Virus record (IMG/VR): IMGVR_UViG_3300028364_000013
Source of the DNA: a virus
Taxonomy: Duplodnaviria > Caudoviricetes
Strand: one strand, 5' to 3'
DNA: 64,000 nt
A model generated the notes under the pieces. The model worked only from the letters and a program-made list of their open reading frames with translations. It did no database searches and had not been told where the DNA came from. The position numbers and the translations under genes are program-made. Positions 1-10,258 of this stretch are shown one piece after another (the first letter of the stretch is position 1; every line of letters begins with the position of its first letter).

Positions 1-10
1 TTGTTCCATT

Positions 11-1552
11 TTACTTATTTAAAATTAATTCTTTCTCTTCTTCTGTTAATTCAAAATACTCAAACAACATCTCATTATTCCATTCTCTATCAAAAGGAAC
101 CATTGGAATAAATTTTGTTGTAGCTCCAGTTGTATGATGAGTTTTCTTTCTCAAACTAAGCATAAAATTACAAAATTTTGTATTCATGTAGGAAAGTAAG
201 CTTTTAGCCTCCTCTTCTGAATTTACATAAAAACAAATATATGAACCACTATAAGCCTCGCTTGGATAGCCAATAAACTTATTTCCAAACCCATCTCCTC
301 CTTTACCGCTTGCCTCAGTAACAATTACTTTGTAAGAATCAATGACTGGTTGATTTTTAATTAAAGTTCTGTCTACAAACTTTTCAAATCCTTTTGATTT
401 TGAAACATAACACTTTATGAAGTTTTCGTTTTCTTTAATATTTGATAATTTTTTGTCATTCGTTCTAATATTTAGGAAAACCTTTCCCTCAGGAAGATAT
501 AGGTTATATAAACTTTCATATTTTACAAGTTTTTTAATAATAGCGTGAAATATAGGTTCAACAAAAATATCAAACTCATTTAATTTACATTCAACTCCAT
601 TATACTTAGTTAATCCATTATGATTTTTATCAATCAAAAAATATTGAATTCCTCCCCTAATATCCACATGTTTTCCAAACACTTCTTGTGAATCATTCCA
701 ATGCTTAATAGATTTAATATCAGTTTTATTAAGCATCATTTTTCTAAATTTAGACAACCCCATTCCACCAGTCATCCAACGAGAAGGGTGAATAGAAATA
801 AGTTTATCAGAAATCTTAAGAGCCTTTTCAATAAATGTGTGATAAAGTGGTTTCATTATATTATTACCCTCAATAAGCTCTTGATATGGTGGGTTTTGGA
901 TTACATAGTCATATTTTTCAACACCCCAAACTTCTTTTGAATGTTCGTCAAATTCATCTAACAAAAATGAGCCATTAAATATATTCAACTCATAAATATC
1001 TTGTGGGTCCAAAGCTGCGAGAATCAAAAAAGCATTCTTAGCCTGCAGTTCTGCCATGTGAATCATATTTTCTACAATATGAGTATAACGTTCTTCCTCA
1101 TTTGTAAACACTTCAGAAAGGCCATTCATGAGACGCTCAATAATGACAGCAGGAAAATTGCCAGCTCCAGCGCAAGAATCCAAAAACTTTAAATTCGGAT
1201 TTGACCAATCTTCAGCGGGAATTAAATCCAACATTTCTGAAATTGTCCAATACTTTGTAAAAACTTCACCATACTGCTTCTGTTCTCTATCACCAACTTC
1301 CACATATGACCTTAACATAGAAACAACTTCTTTAATGTGCTCAGTCTTTGTTACATCATTATCGCCAACAATGCCTTTAATCTTAAGAAACATGTCTCTA
1401 TCCTTATCTAATATAGATAAAATTGCCATCCTCTTCTTATCAGTGTCAAGATTCTCAAGCGCTTCTCTAATATCTTGGTCAATCCCTGCGACTTCATCAA
1501 TCATCATTGCATCAATCAATTCCTCAAACTGATTCTTTCTAACTGTTGTCAT
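11..1552 (-). CDS. N6-adenine DNA methyltransferase, Eco57I-like, probably solitary
   Basis: Motif I DSCAGAGNF, motif IV IQNPPY, C-terminal TRD-like region; no adjacent restriction nuclease in the window. Confidence 0.85.
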   Translation of the reverse strand: MTTVRKNQFEELIDAMMIDEVAGIDQDIREALENLDTDKKRMAILSILDKDRDMFLKIKGIVGDNDVTKTEHIKEVVSMLRSYVEVGDREQKQYGEVFTKYWTISEMLDLIPAEDWSNPNLKFLDSCAGAGNFPAVIIERLMNGLSEVFTNEEERYTHIVENMIHMAELQAKNAFLILAALDPQDIYELNIFNGSFLLDEFDEHSKEVWGVEKYDYVIQNPPYQELIEGNNIMKPLYHTFIEKALKISDKLISIHPSRWMTGGMGLSKFRKMMLNKTDIKSIKHWNDSQEVFGKHVDIRGGIQYFLIDKNHNGLTKYNGVECKLNEFDIFVEPIFHAIIKKLVKYESLYNLYLPEGKVFLNIRTNDKKLSNIKENENFIKCYVSKSKGFEKFVDRTLIKNQPVIDSYKVIVTEASGKGGDGFGNKFIGYPSEAYSGSYICFYVNSEEEAKSLLSYMNTKFCNFMLSLRKKTHHTTGATTKFIPMVPFDREWNNEMLFEYFELTEEEKELILNK

Positions 1553-1579
1553 AACATATGTTTTATTGGTTCTATCTTA

Positions 1580-1605
1580 TTATACGCAAATATATAGATA
1601 ATGTT
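1580..1605 (-). promoter_or_regulatory. ECF-sigma-type phage promoter AAC-N16-CGTATAA
   Basis: Minus strand TGAAAC-N16-CGTATAA, 27 nt upstream of the MTase ATG; one of 16 copies. Confidence 0.75.
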
Positions 1606-1792
1606 TCATCAATCATAAAAGTTATTCAATATTAATATAATTATTTTTACAATCAAATTAACCCTCGAATTCCAATCTTTCTTTTTATTTTCTTTTTTCA
1701 TCTCTTTGTTTTTATATATTGGGCTTAATAAAAAAAACCACTATTATAAGTCAAGTATTTTGTTTTTCTTAAGCAAATTCTTACATTTCTAC

Positions 1793-1954
1793 ATGAGCAC
1801 AAAAAAGACATATAAGAGCATCAGCATCGTACTGGAGCCACAAATTCTAAAAAAACTTGAGGAAGGAAACTATAATAAATCCAAGCTAATTGACTCACTT
1901 CTAAGTGATTATTTTAGTAGTGAGGATAAATCTTCAGAAAAAAAGTCGTGTTGA
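1793..1954 (+). CDS. small ribbon-helix-helix-like DNA-binding protein
   Basis: MSTKKTYKSISIVL...NKSKLIDSLLSDYF; strand-helix-helix pattern; ATG at 1793 preferred over track start 1706. Confidence 0.5.
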   Translation: MSTKKTYKSISIVLEPQILKKLEEGNYNKSKLIDSLLSDYFSSEDKSSEKKSC

Positions 1955-2001
1955 CACGGTTTTTACTTTTTTATTCCTATTTATAATAAAACACACAAAC
2001 A

Positions 2002-2172
2002 ATGGGAAGAAAAAAAATAGACACAGAAGATAAAAAACAGAAATTATCAGTAACCATATCTCTTGAGAATGCTCTTAATTTCGATGAGCATGAAATCAAA
2101 AATAAATCTAAATTAATTAACTGTCTCCTGATGGAGCATTTCGGATTAAATAAAGGGGATGGTGTCAAATGA
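2002..2172 (+). CDS. small RHH-like protein (56 aa, not in ORF track)
   Basis: MGRKKIDTEDKKQKLSVTISLE...NKSKLINCLLMEHF; ATGA overlap with next ORF; TATTTATA upstream. Confidence 0.65.
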   Translation: MGRKKIDTEDKKQKLSVTISLENALNFDEHEIKNKSKLINCLLMEHFGLNKGDGVK

Positions 2173-3116
2173 TTATTACAAAAAATGTTAAAATAAAAAC
2201 AATAGGAAAATCAATTAAGTATTATAAAGATTTAGGGTATCCTGCTGAACATAAAAAAACAATAACCATAGATATTAAAGACTTAACTCTTGGTAGTGAC
2301 ATTTTAATAGAAGCTGCATGCGATTATTGTGGTGATTTAAAAGAACTTTCATACAATAGATATAATAATAGTTTAAAGACTTTGAATCTATTCAGCTGCT
2401 TGAATTGTAGGAAATTTAAAATAGAAGAAATATGCTTAGATAAATATGGAGTTAAAAATGTATCTCAAATAAACGAGGTTAAAATAAAAAAGGAAAATAC
2501 ATGTATGAAAAATTACTCTGTAAAGAATCCATCTCATTCTAAAGAAATTTTAAATAAAATAGGAGACTCATTAGAGAAAAAATTAGGAGTTAGACATGCT
2601 CTGCAAGATAAAAATATACTTAAAAAAGCACAATCAAAAACAGAAGAAAAATATGGAGTTAAACACGCTCTTAAAAATCCTCAACTATTAGAAAAAAGCA
2701 AGCAAACTTGCTTAAAAAATAATGGAGTAGAATTTTGTATGCAATCAGATGTTTTTACAAATAAAGCAAAAAACACAAGAATTGAAAATGGTACGCAAAT
2801 TCCTGATGAATTAGTTGACAAATGGGAATTATATAAAAGAAAAGTTAGAAACGAAACTAATAAGTATAAAAAATCTCTTTTTAAAGAATGGGATGGATAT
2901 GATTTTTATGATAATGAATACATAAAAGATAATTTAGATAACTTTAAACCAAGAAATCCAAACTACCCCTCAATAGACCACAAAATAAGCGTAAGCTATG
3001 GGTTTTTAAATGATATATCAGAAAAAACTATAGGAAATATAGAAAATCTATGTATTACAAAAACAATGATAAATTGTTCAAAAAAAGAACTAAACTATAA
3101 TGAGTTTATTTTATAA
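2169..3116 (+). CDS. putative free-standing homing endonuclease (KYGV repeats, C-terminal HNH-like domain)
   Basis: CDYC/CLNC pairs, repeated KYGV units, SIDHKIS...NLCIT...NCSK; antisense to neighbours. Confidence 0.6.
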   Translation: MIITKNVKIKTIGKSIKYYKDLGYPAEHKKTITIDIKDLTLGSDILIEAACDYCGDLKELSYNRYNNSLKTLNLFSCLNCRKFKIEEICLDKYGVKNVSQINEVKIKKENTCMKNYSVKNPSHSKEILNKIGDSLEKKLGVRHALQDKNILKKAQSKTEEKYGVKHALKNPQLLEKSKQTCLKNNGVEFCMQSDVFTNKAKNTRIENGTQIPDELVDKWELYKRKVRNETNKYKKSLFKEWDGYDFYDNEYIKDNLDNFKPRNPNYPSIDHKISVSYGFLNDISEKTIGNIENLCITKTMINCSKKELNYNEFIL

Positions 3117-4348
3117 CACTCCTTTCTAATTTTAATCAACATATTATTTATCAACTCTCTATCAATTTCATTAGGTAAATCAGAATTTACAAATAAATCA
3201 TCTATAATTAAAAGTTCTTTCTCAGCCCATTCAATTATATCTTGAAGGTTCTCTTCCCCTCTTCTTATTGATTTAAGATATTCTGCATCTGGTCTTCTAA
3301 TAACAAACTCTTTTCTTTCTGCTATTTCACGAGACATTCTAATAAGTCTAACTAAATGCATTATATTTTTAGAATCAATTTTCTGATTATGCCCTTTATT
3401 ATCAACATACCTTTGTTCATTCCTATTATTAATCCAATCTATGTATGACTTATAATCTTTACAATGTTGAGAATATCCATCTTTATTAAAGATTATATTA
3501 CAAATTGCTTCTTCTCCTTTTGGAATTGATGAAAGTCTAAGTTGGTTTGATACTCCTGCATTGTCAGATTCACCAACTTTTTGAATTCCTTTATACCCTA
3601 ATCCAACAGCATTACCCTTTTGTTTATAAATTAATTTATTGTGTTCCTTATTAGATTCTGATTCATCAATAGAAAAACAATTGGAGGCTATAGAATCAAA
3701 AAACAACGCATAAACATCACGAGCATTAGACACATTAACAACACCACAAAATTTTTGAACATCACTGTTATATCCATTATTTACAAACCAAGTATTCAAA
3801 GGTATTGTTTTTTGACCATTAATCACATAACAGAAATCAAATATATCTTTTCGAGTTACTTTATCTTTTTCCCAATTTTGTTTTTTATCAAGCCCTTTTG
3901 CTTTTTTACATTGAGCTACAGCATATCCTGCAAAACTATTTTTACACATCTTTGTAACAAAGTCTTCCTTTTTATTTAAAATAACATCAAAAATAGGGTG
4001 CTTATAAATTACACAGTCTTCAGGTGAAAACAAAATAGATAAAGTTGTTGGATTAGCTTTTTGCAAAAGCTGTAAAAATCTTTTAACTTCATAAAACACA
4101 GCGTCATCTTTTTCTTTATCTCCAAAGTCTGATTTACCCTTTTTTTCGTCTATTTGTTCAATATAATTGAATCCGAAAATATCTTCTTTTGATTGTAAAA
4201 ATACTCCAGCAATATCTAAATCTGAAGTCGGAAGATTTGTTCCATATGCTTGAGAACCAACAACAACTATAAATAAAGGTATTGCTCCATTACATTTTGA
4301 ATTAATTAAGTCAAAATATTTATTTTTAATTACTTCCTTATCTTTCAT
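3095..4348 (-). CDS. Pol-beta-superfamily nucleotidyltransferase (PF10127-like)
   Basis: GSQAYGTNLPTSDLDIAGV; C-terminal KNIMHLVRL...IRRG. Confidence 0.85.
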   Translation of the reverse strand: MKDKEVIKNKYFDLINSKCNGAIPLFIVVVGSQAYGTNLPTSDLDIAGVFLQSKEDIFGFNYIEQIDEKKGKSDFGDKEKDDAVFYEVKRFLQLLQKANPTTLSILFSPEDCVIYKHPIFDVILNKKEDFVTKMCKNSFAGYAVAQCKKAKGLDKKQNWEKDKVTRKDIFDFCYVINGQKTIPLNTWFVNNGYNSDVQKFCGVVNVSNARDVYALFFDSIASNCFSIDESESNKEHNKLIYKQKGNAVGLGYKGIQKVGESDNAGVSNQLRLSSIPKGEEAICNIIFNKDGYSQHCKDYKSYIDWINNRNEQRYVDNKGHNQKIDSKNIMHLVRLIRMSREIAERKEFVIRRPDAEYLKSIRRGEENLQDIIEWAEKELLIIDDLFVNSDLPNEIDRELINNMLIKIRKECYKINSL

Positions 4349-4455
4349 AGTGCTTGCTCTTTTAGGAAATGATAAAACTCAAGGGCTTTTTGCTCCTTGA
4401 GTTTCATCTCTTTTTCTTTATCTTTTAAATCTTTTTCAATATCAGTCATAGTAAC

Positions 4456-4481
4456 TTATACGAAATTGATTATAAAATGTT
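4456..4481 (-). promoter_or_regulatory. ECF-sigma-type promoter
   Basis: AGAAC-N16-CGTATAA, 6 nt above an ATG at 4449. Confidence 0.75.
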
Positions 4482-5906
4482 CTAATTATCAAGACCTTTT
4501 TCATGCATGTCGTCTCCTTCTCCCAAACCTATGTCTTCATTGAAGCCTTCGTTTGACCTTAAAGGCGCCTCGTCACAATCCTCTTCTATGCAATAATCTT
4601 CACTATCATCATAATTGTTAGGAACAAGACCCATTTTTTTAGATGAATCTTCACCCTTAAGTTGTCCGCTTTGTAAATAACGAGCATTTGTAATTGTCTT
4701 AACAGTTGTAAGCTCATCTTCAAGTTCTTCTAAAATCCAATTAGCATCATACTTAGTGATGTCAAGAGTTTCTATTTTACGCATAATTTGCTTAGTGTAA
4801 ATGTAAACGTGAGAACCAGTCAACTTAGAGTCATAGAAAAAGTCTACAACTTTTTTGTCAGTGAACTTAGATGTTGCTGGATGATTCTTTCCAAAACCAA
4901 AGTTACTTCTAAGAGATTTCAAAATAATATTTCTAATGTTATCTTGAGTGATTGTTTCGAATGACATAATCTTATCAAAACGACCAGGCCTTTGAGCTGC
5001 AAGGTCAAGAAGGTCAATAGAGTTTGTTGTTGCAATAATTCCAACACCAGCAGAAATCTTATCTGTACCATCAAGGGCATCTAAGAATGTTCCAAGAGAC
5101 CTTGAAACTCCACCCTTAGTTCTTGAACCAAGTGAAAGGTCAATATCATCAAAGATAATAAGCGAAGGCGCAAGTAATTCTGCAAGCTCTACCTTTTCTT
5201 TAAGAGCATCACAAACCACAGTCTTAATAATTGTAACTCCACCATCTTTAAGGATGTTAGAAATAGCAAGAGTAGACTCTGTTTTACCTGTTCCTGGTGT
5301 TCCAGCAAAAAGGTATCTCATTATTTCACCTTTCTTTTCATAAAGACCAGTGAACAATTGAAGGTCTTGCATTGTTTTTTCTGGAAGGTATATGTCTCCA
5401 TAATCTCTTCTCTCAAGAGTTCTTTTTTCCCAAGCCAAAGCATCTGGAGGCATTGTGAAGTAAGACCCTTTAAGGTTTGAATGCGCAATAGCACTATAGA
5501 TTATTTTCTTATAAAGAAACTCAGAACTTACATAAGAAGACTTGTTTGATGTAAATGAAACTTCACTCACCCAATTGTTATCAATTTGGTATCTTGACAA
5601 AACTAAAAGAAGAGTAAGGTCTTCTGATGAGCTTTTATATCCAAGATTGACTTTAAAGTTCAAACCTCCAGAAGCTCTTTCTGGAAGGTTTTCGCAGAAT
5701 GAATTGGAACCATTTACGAAACCATTTACGAACAATCCTTGTTCCTTCTGCATTTTAGGTTTATCATTCAATACATTAAAGTAATCAAACAATATTTTCA
5801 TCAAAGGAGAATTAATTCTCTCACCATGCGATACTCTCGCAATGTACTCATTTTTCACTTCAACCAAAGTGTCTTTCTTCAGTTGTTCAAAATTTAACTT
5901 TTCCAT
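4482..5906 (-). CDS. AAA+ ATPase
   Basis: Walker A GTPGTGKT, Walker B IIFDDID, ATTN sensor, RPGRFD Arg finger. Confidence 0.9.
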   Translation of the reverse strand: MEKLNFEQLKKDTLVEVKNEYIARVSHGERINSPLMKILFDYFNVLNDKPKMQKEQGLFVNGFVNGSNSFCENLPERASGGLNFKVNLGYKSSSEDLTLLLVLSRYQIDNNWVSEVSFTSNKSSYVSSEFLYKKIIYSAIAHSNLKGSYFTMPPDALAWEKRTLERRDYGDIYLPEKTMQDLQLFTGLYEKKGEIMRYLFAGTPGTGKTESTLAISNILKDGGVTIIKTVVCDALKEKVELAELLAPSLIIFDDIDLSLGSRTKGGVSRSLGTFLDALDGTDKISAGVGIIATTNSIDLLDLAAQRPGRFDKIMSFETITQDNIRNIILKSLRSNFGFGKNHPATSKFTDKKVVDFFYDSKLTGSHVYIYTKQIMRKIETLDITKYDANWILEELEDELTTVKTITNARYLQSGQLKGEDSSKKMGLVPNNYDDSEDYCIEEDCDEAPLRSNEGFNEDIGLGEGDDMHEKGLDN

Positions 5907-5973
5907 TATGTTATTTATTTTAGTTGTCTGTTAATTTAGAAGGTCTCTTCAATTCCCTTTCTAAATTTATAAT

Positions 5974-6369
5974 TTATAAAATTTCAGTCTTAGATGTTTC
6001 CATGTCCAGATTCATTCTATATGATTTTGTCTTTCCATTTCTGCTTTTCAGAACCTTGAGTGTAAAGTTATTCCTTTTTCTCCAGAACAGCAAAAAATTT
6101 ATCACTTTTTTCCAAAAACTTTTCTTTTCTCTCTTAATTCCTAATACAAAAGTTGATTCTTCTACCAACTTAGAAGATACCTCCATCATTTCTGCCATTG
6201 TAGTGTTAGCAAGCATCTTTGCTTCTTTTTCAGCTTGTTTTGGGTCTTTAATTGCTGTTACTAAAGGTGCCCCAGAAGTGTTTACAATTATTTTAGTAAA
6301 CATGCTCATAAAGCTAATGTCTCTTAATGTTTTTGTCAATCCCTCTTGATTGTTCTTGATGAAGTCCAT
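5974..6369 (-). CDS. hypothetical protein
   Basis: Probable start MDFIKNNQ at 6369; the longer track ORF runs into the antisense endonuclease fragment. Confidence 0.5.
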   Translation of the reverse strand: MDFIKNNQEGLTKTLRDISFMSMFTKIIVNTSGAPLVTAIKDPKQAEKEAKMLANTTMAEMMEVSSKLVEESTFVLGIKREKKSFWKKVINFLLFWRKRNNFTLKVLKSRNGKTKSYRMNLDMETSKTEIL

Positions 6370-6754
6370 TACACCAAGCAATATATTACAAGGAAAAGGT
6401 TGTCCATCATGTAAACTTTCTAAAGGAGAAAGATTAGTAGAAACATGTCTTAATAAAAATAACATAAAACACAAAAAACAACATAGATTTACAGGTTGTA
6501 AAAATATTTTACCATTACCATTTGATTTCTACTTACCAAAACACAATATATGCATAGAATTCAATGGAAGACATCACTACGAATCAGTAGCTGCTTTTGG
6601 AGGTAACAAATCTTTCAATGCTATTAAGGTAAATGATGAAATAAAAAAAGAATATTGTATTAAAAATAATATTAAACTACTTTCAATTCCATACTATAAA
6701 ATAAAAAACATTGATTCATTAATAAATCACTTTTTATTTGCCAATACCACGTAA
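6350..6754 (+). pseudogene. N-terminally truncated Vsr/DUF559-like PD-(D/E)XK homing endonuclease
   Basis: KGCPSC-SKGE...LPFDFYLP...CIEFNGRHHY; matches only the C-terminal third of 32866..33786. Confidence 0.65.
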
Positions 6755-8439
6755 TTATTTTCCCATATTACTAAGCCACAATTACTTTTTTGAATTACTG
6801 ATTGTGTTGAGATTAAATCAAAACATAAACTTCCTATTTTTTCAAAATCATTAGTGCGATATATATCTATTCTACCATCTTCTGGAGAAAATATCATTCC
6901 CTCAGTTTCATAATTGCCATTGTTATCAACATTTGGAACATAGGCAAAATTCCTCATGCCATCAATATCCAGTTGAGACACCTTAATATTCATTCCATCA
7001 ATCTTAAAGAATTTTTGCTTAATATTTTTCTTGTCTTCATACTGAAGTATACCAACGTTTTTACTTTGATAAATCCCTTTAAGCTTAACTGGAGATTGTA
7101 CAATTGAAGCGTCTTTACCAGAATTGTAGAATAGATTCTGCTTACCAGATGAATTGTGAATGAATCCATTGTGGTTTGTAAAGCTCCTTCCAAAAACAGA
7201 AGAAGTTTTCATAACAATCATTCCTGGACCAATTTCATCCAAAAATAGCTTATACATATCATCCTCTCCTATTACAATAAGAATGTTTCCCATTTGAGTT
7301 ATAATATGCTTGTCTGGAAATGTGAAATTATTCATCTTTTCAAACTTGCCACCACTTTTACATCTCCAAAGCTCACTACCTTTCTTTGCAAGAACCTCGC
7401 TGTTACCAATGAATACTTTATCCCAATCACTCTTGTTAATTCTATGTCTAAGATTAATAAATCCTTTATTTCTTGTATCATATACAATAAATTCAGACTT
7501 AGTTTCAATAAGACCTTGCTTTTCTAAGAAATGGATGTTAACTATTTGCTCACCTTGAATTACCATTGTAATTATAAGCTCATCCTGCTCATAACTCTTA
7601 ACAAGGCTTGGCTTAGCTAAAGGGCTAACAGCAACAATGTCACCATCTACTCCAGATAAAGTTAATATAAACCTTTCTCCATCAATATACATCCTCTTAA
7701 ACTGGGCCATAAAATTAGAATCCTGAATTGGCTCATAGCACTTAGGGGTCTTGATGTCGCTTCCAACAAATACTGGAAGCTTGTTTATCATTCTATCTGA
7801 CAACTTTTTGTATGTGTTATGCATTCCTTTAAAAGGGTGCAAAAATGCAAGCATATTAAATGACAGCACAGAAAGAGCAAAGAAATCACTATCTTTACCT
7901 ACCTTGCCTCCATAATAGTAATCTCTAATATCTTCAAGAAGTCTATCAGAGTGTAGTGAACCTGGAGTTTGATATGAATCTGTATCAATGAATTTAACAA
8001 CACCTCTGTCATTTACAAGGATGTTATAAGGATTAAGGTCTCCTATAACTACATTCTCTCTGTGAGCATAGTTTACAGCTGAAATTAATTTCTCAATAAT
8101 CTTCATCTTAACCTTTTTGTCTATACCATGATTACTGCAAAATTTCTTGCTGTAAATACTTGATAAAGGGAAAAATTCCTGCTGATTTATATAAGCCATT
8201 GTATATCCAATAACAAAACCTTTATCATCATATAAAAGCTCAATAGGAGCCACAAAGTAATTTGGGTCAAGACTACTCAGGAATCTAAATTTACTTGGGT
8301 CTATTGGTTTAATTCCAGCATGATAAATCTTAGCAACTGTATTTGGGTCTATTTCATAAACAACACCTTCACCACCTTGGTTAATTTCACGCTCGGTCCT
8401 GATTTGTATCTTACCCCTCTTTGTTACTGCTGTTATCAT
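6727..8439 (-). CDS. Ser/Thr protein kinase (YegI-like)
   Basis: GGEGVVY, VAKIY, IGDLNPYNILV, IDTDSY, SDFFALSVL. Confidence 0.85.
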   Translation of the reverse strand: MITAVTKRGKIQIRTEREINQGGEGVVYEIDPNTVAKIYHAGIKPIDPSKFRFLSSLDPNYFVAPIELLYDDKGFVIGYTMAYINQQEFFPLSSIYSKKFCSNHGIDKKVKMKIIEKLISAVNYAHRENVVIGDLNPYNILVNDRGVVKFIDTDSYQTPGSLHSDRLLEDIRDYYYGGKVGKDSDFFALSVLSFNMLAFLHPFKGMHNTYKKLSDRMINKLPVFVGSDIKTPKCYEPIQDSNFMAQFKRMYIDGERFILTLSGVDGDIVAVSPLAKPSLVKSYEQDELIITMVIQGEQIVNIHFLEKQGLIETKSEFIVYDTRNKGFINLRHRINKSDWDKVFIGNSEVLAKKGSELWRCKSGGKFEKMNNFTFPDKHIITQMGNILIVIGEDDMYKLFLDEIGPGMIVMKTSSVFGRSFTNHNGFIHNSSGKQNLFYNSGKDASIVQSPVKLKGIYQSKNVGILQYEDKKNIKQKFFKIDGMNIKVSQLDIDGMRNFAYVPNVDNNGNYETEGMIFSPEDGRIDIYRTNDFEKIGSLCFDLISTQSVIQKSNCGLVIWENNYVVLANKK

Positions 8440-9220
8440 CTTCTTCAGAATTAGGTATTATTAATCTTATTATGCTAATGTCATCTTTGTGAGTTGTCTT
8501 GTACTTAGAGCCAAGCACATTAACTTTCTTTGATAACATTATTTTGTTGTCTACCCAATTTTGGTCCACAAGCAAAAAAGTCAATGGGTCAACTTCTCCA
8601 ATCGGAGTGTTGAATGTTAACAGTCCATCTGTGGAAATACTGATGTCTTTTGGATTGTCATGTCTTGTTAAAGTTACGAACCTTTCAAACCATACATCGA
8701 AACCAGAAGGTTGAAGTCCGAGGTCTACAATATCGTATGCAATGTAATTTGGCATATCTCTATATCTAATTGGGTCAGCTAATTTAAACCTTTCATTCTC
8801 CAGGATTGTGAACTCTCCATCATGACAAATTATTCCATCACCAATTGTCATCGTCAGACACTCACCATGAACTTTATCATAAATAATCATCATGAAGGTG
8901 GCGAGCATGTCGTGGTCAAGCAATTCAAGAGTTACTTTTGATTGGAAAAGTTTTCTTACAAACTTTCTCATAAAGTCTTTCGACTTATCTTCTATGGTAT
9001 CTCCAGACATAGCACCTTCTCTAATAATCTGTTTAAATATCTTTCCAAACAATGAAGATGCGAAGTGTGAATCATTTCCACCACTGCAACCATCAAATAC
9101 TGCTCCTATAAAATACCTACCTGCGTCTTCAGTAGACAAGAAGTCTTCGCAAAACACTGGATGGTCACTTCCTTTTCTTATAACTGTTTGCACTTTCATT
9201 CTTCTTCGTTTAGTACCCAC
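8411..9220 (-). CDS. PP2C-like phosphatase (YegK-like)
   Basis: AVFDGCSGG, IGDG, ISTDGL, HKDDISII. Confidence 0.85.
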   Translation of the reverse strand: MGTKRRRMKVQTVIRKGSDHPVFCEDFLSTEDAGRYFIGAVFDGCSGGNDSHFASSLFGKIFKQIIREGAMSGDTIEDKSKDFMRKFVRKLFQSKVTLELLDHDMLATFMMIIYDKVHGECLTMTIGDGIICHDGEFTILENERFKLADPIRYRDMPNYIAYDIVDLGLQPSGFDVWFERFVTLTRHDNPKDISISTDGLLTFNTPIGEVDPLTFLLVDQNWVDNKIMLSKKVNVLGSKYKTTHKDDISIIRLIIPNSEEDDNSSNKEG

Positions 9221-9402
9221 TGAAGGGTTTCAATTTCTTTTTTGAGAATTTCATACTCTGATTCTATTTTTAGAAAATCAGATTCATTAATGCGACCACC
9301 AGTTTGCTTCTCATTAATCATAGAATAATAAGACTCTTCTGCTGCAAACACTTCTGGTTCAAGTGCATCAATTTTGTTTTGTATTTCTTGCTTATTTCTC
9401 AT
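9196..9402 (-). CDS. hypothetical protein
   Basis: 68-aa ORF in operon orientation. Confidence 0.55.
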   Translation of the reverse strand: MRNKQEIQNKIDALEPEVFAAEESYYSMINEKQTGGRINESDFLKIESEYEILKKEIETLQWVLNEEE

Positions 9403-9407
9403 AATAA

Positions 9408-9436
9408 AAAAGGGACCCCAGAAGGAGTCCCTTTCA
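9408..9436 (-). terminator. intrinsic terminator
   Basis: AAAGGGAC/GTCCCTTT stem followed by a U tract on the minus strand. Confidence 0.7.
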
Positions 9437-9460
9437 CCTTCTTAATGTATAAAAGTTATC

Positions 9461-10195
9461 TTAGAAGTTTACAACAGAAATTGCATTTCCGTTTCCACTT
9501 GCATTAGAAACTGAAGAAGAGATGAAGTTTATCATCTTTTTTATCTCGTCTGCCGTGTTGTCGATTGTAACTACGTTATCACCAAACCCCATATCTAAAG
9601 CAGCTTTCTTAAAAGTAGCCTCTTCAGATTTGTTGATTCCGAACAACATTGTTTCAAAAGATGCAAAGTTTCTTTCTTCAGTCAATAAGTCAACAATAAC
9701 TTTCTTAACATCAGCAGCAGTTCCTTTGTCTGGGCAGTTGTCATCACCATCGGTCATAACAAACACAAGAGTTTTGCAATTTACACCAGCATTCTCAAGA
9801 CCTTCTCTATAATTAAGAGCGTTATCAAGAGCTACCTTAGTTCCACCAAACAATGCAGTGCTTCCACCGACATATTTACCGAAATCAATAACTCCAACAC
9901 TTTTAATTGGTTGGTATCCTGAAATTGTTTCTATGTTGTGATTGAATACAACTACAGATACAAATATTTTACTTGCTGAGTGTGAAGTTTGCATTCTTGA
10001 TACAAATTCATTAAACCCTGCATTCAATTCAGCTACATATCCTCCTACTGAAGAAGATACATCTACTACGAATTGAACATTTATTGTGTCCTCTACATCT
10101 ACATCATCTGGGTTAAAATCCCCAAATCCATAGTTGAAATCCACATTTTCTAATCCGCTTTCGGATTTTTCTTGACTTGTCGTTGACGTGTCCAT
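9461..10195 (-). CDS. vWA-domain protein (TerY/YegL-like)
   Basis: MIDAS VVDVSSSV, GGSTALFG, VMTDGDDN. Confidence 0.85.
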   Translation of the reverse strand: MDTSTTSQEKSESGLENVDFNYGFGDFNPDDVDVEDTINVQFVVDVSSSVGGYVAELNAGFNEFVSRMQTSHSASKIFVSVVVFNHNIETISGYQPIKSVGVIDFGKYVGGSTALFGGTKVALDNALNYREGLENAGVNCKTLVFVMTDGDDNCPDKGTAADVKKVIVDLLTEERNFASFETMLFGINKSEEATFKKAALDMGFGDNVVTIDNTADEIKKMINFISSSVSNASGNGNAISVVNF

Positions 10196-10258
10196 AATAT
10201 ATGATTTTATTTGTGTTTAAAAAAGCCAGAGACCAATTGCCTCTGGCAATAAGTTTTC

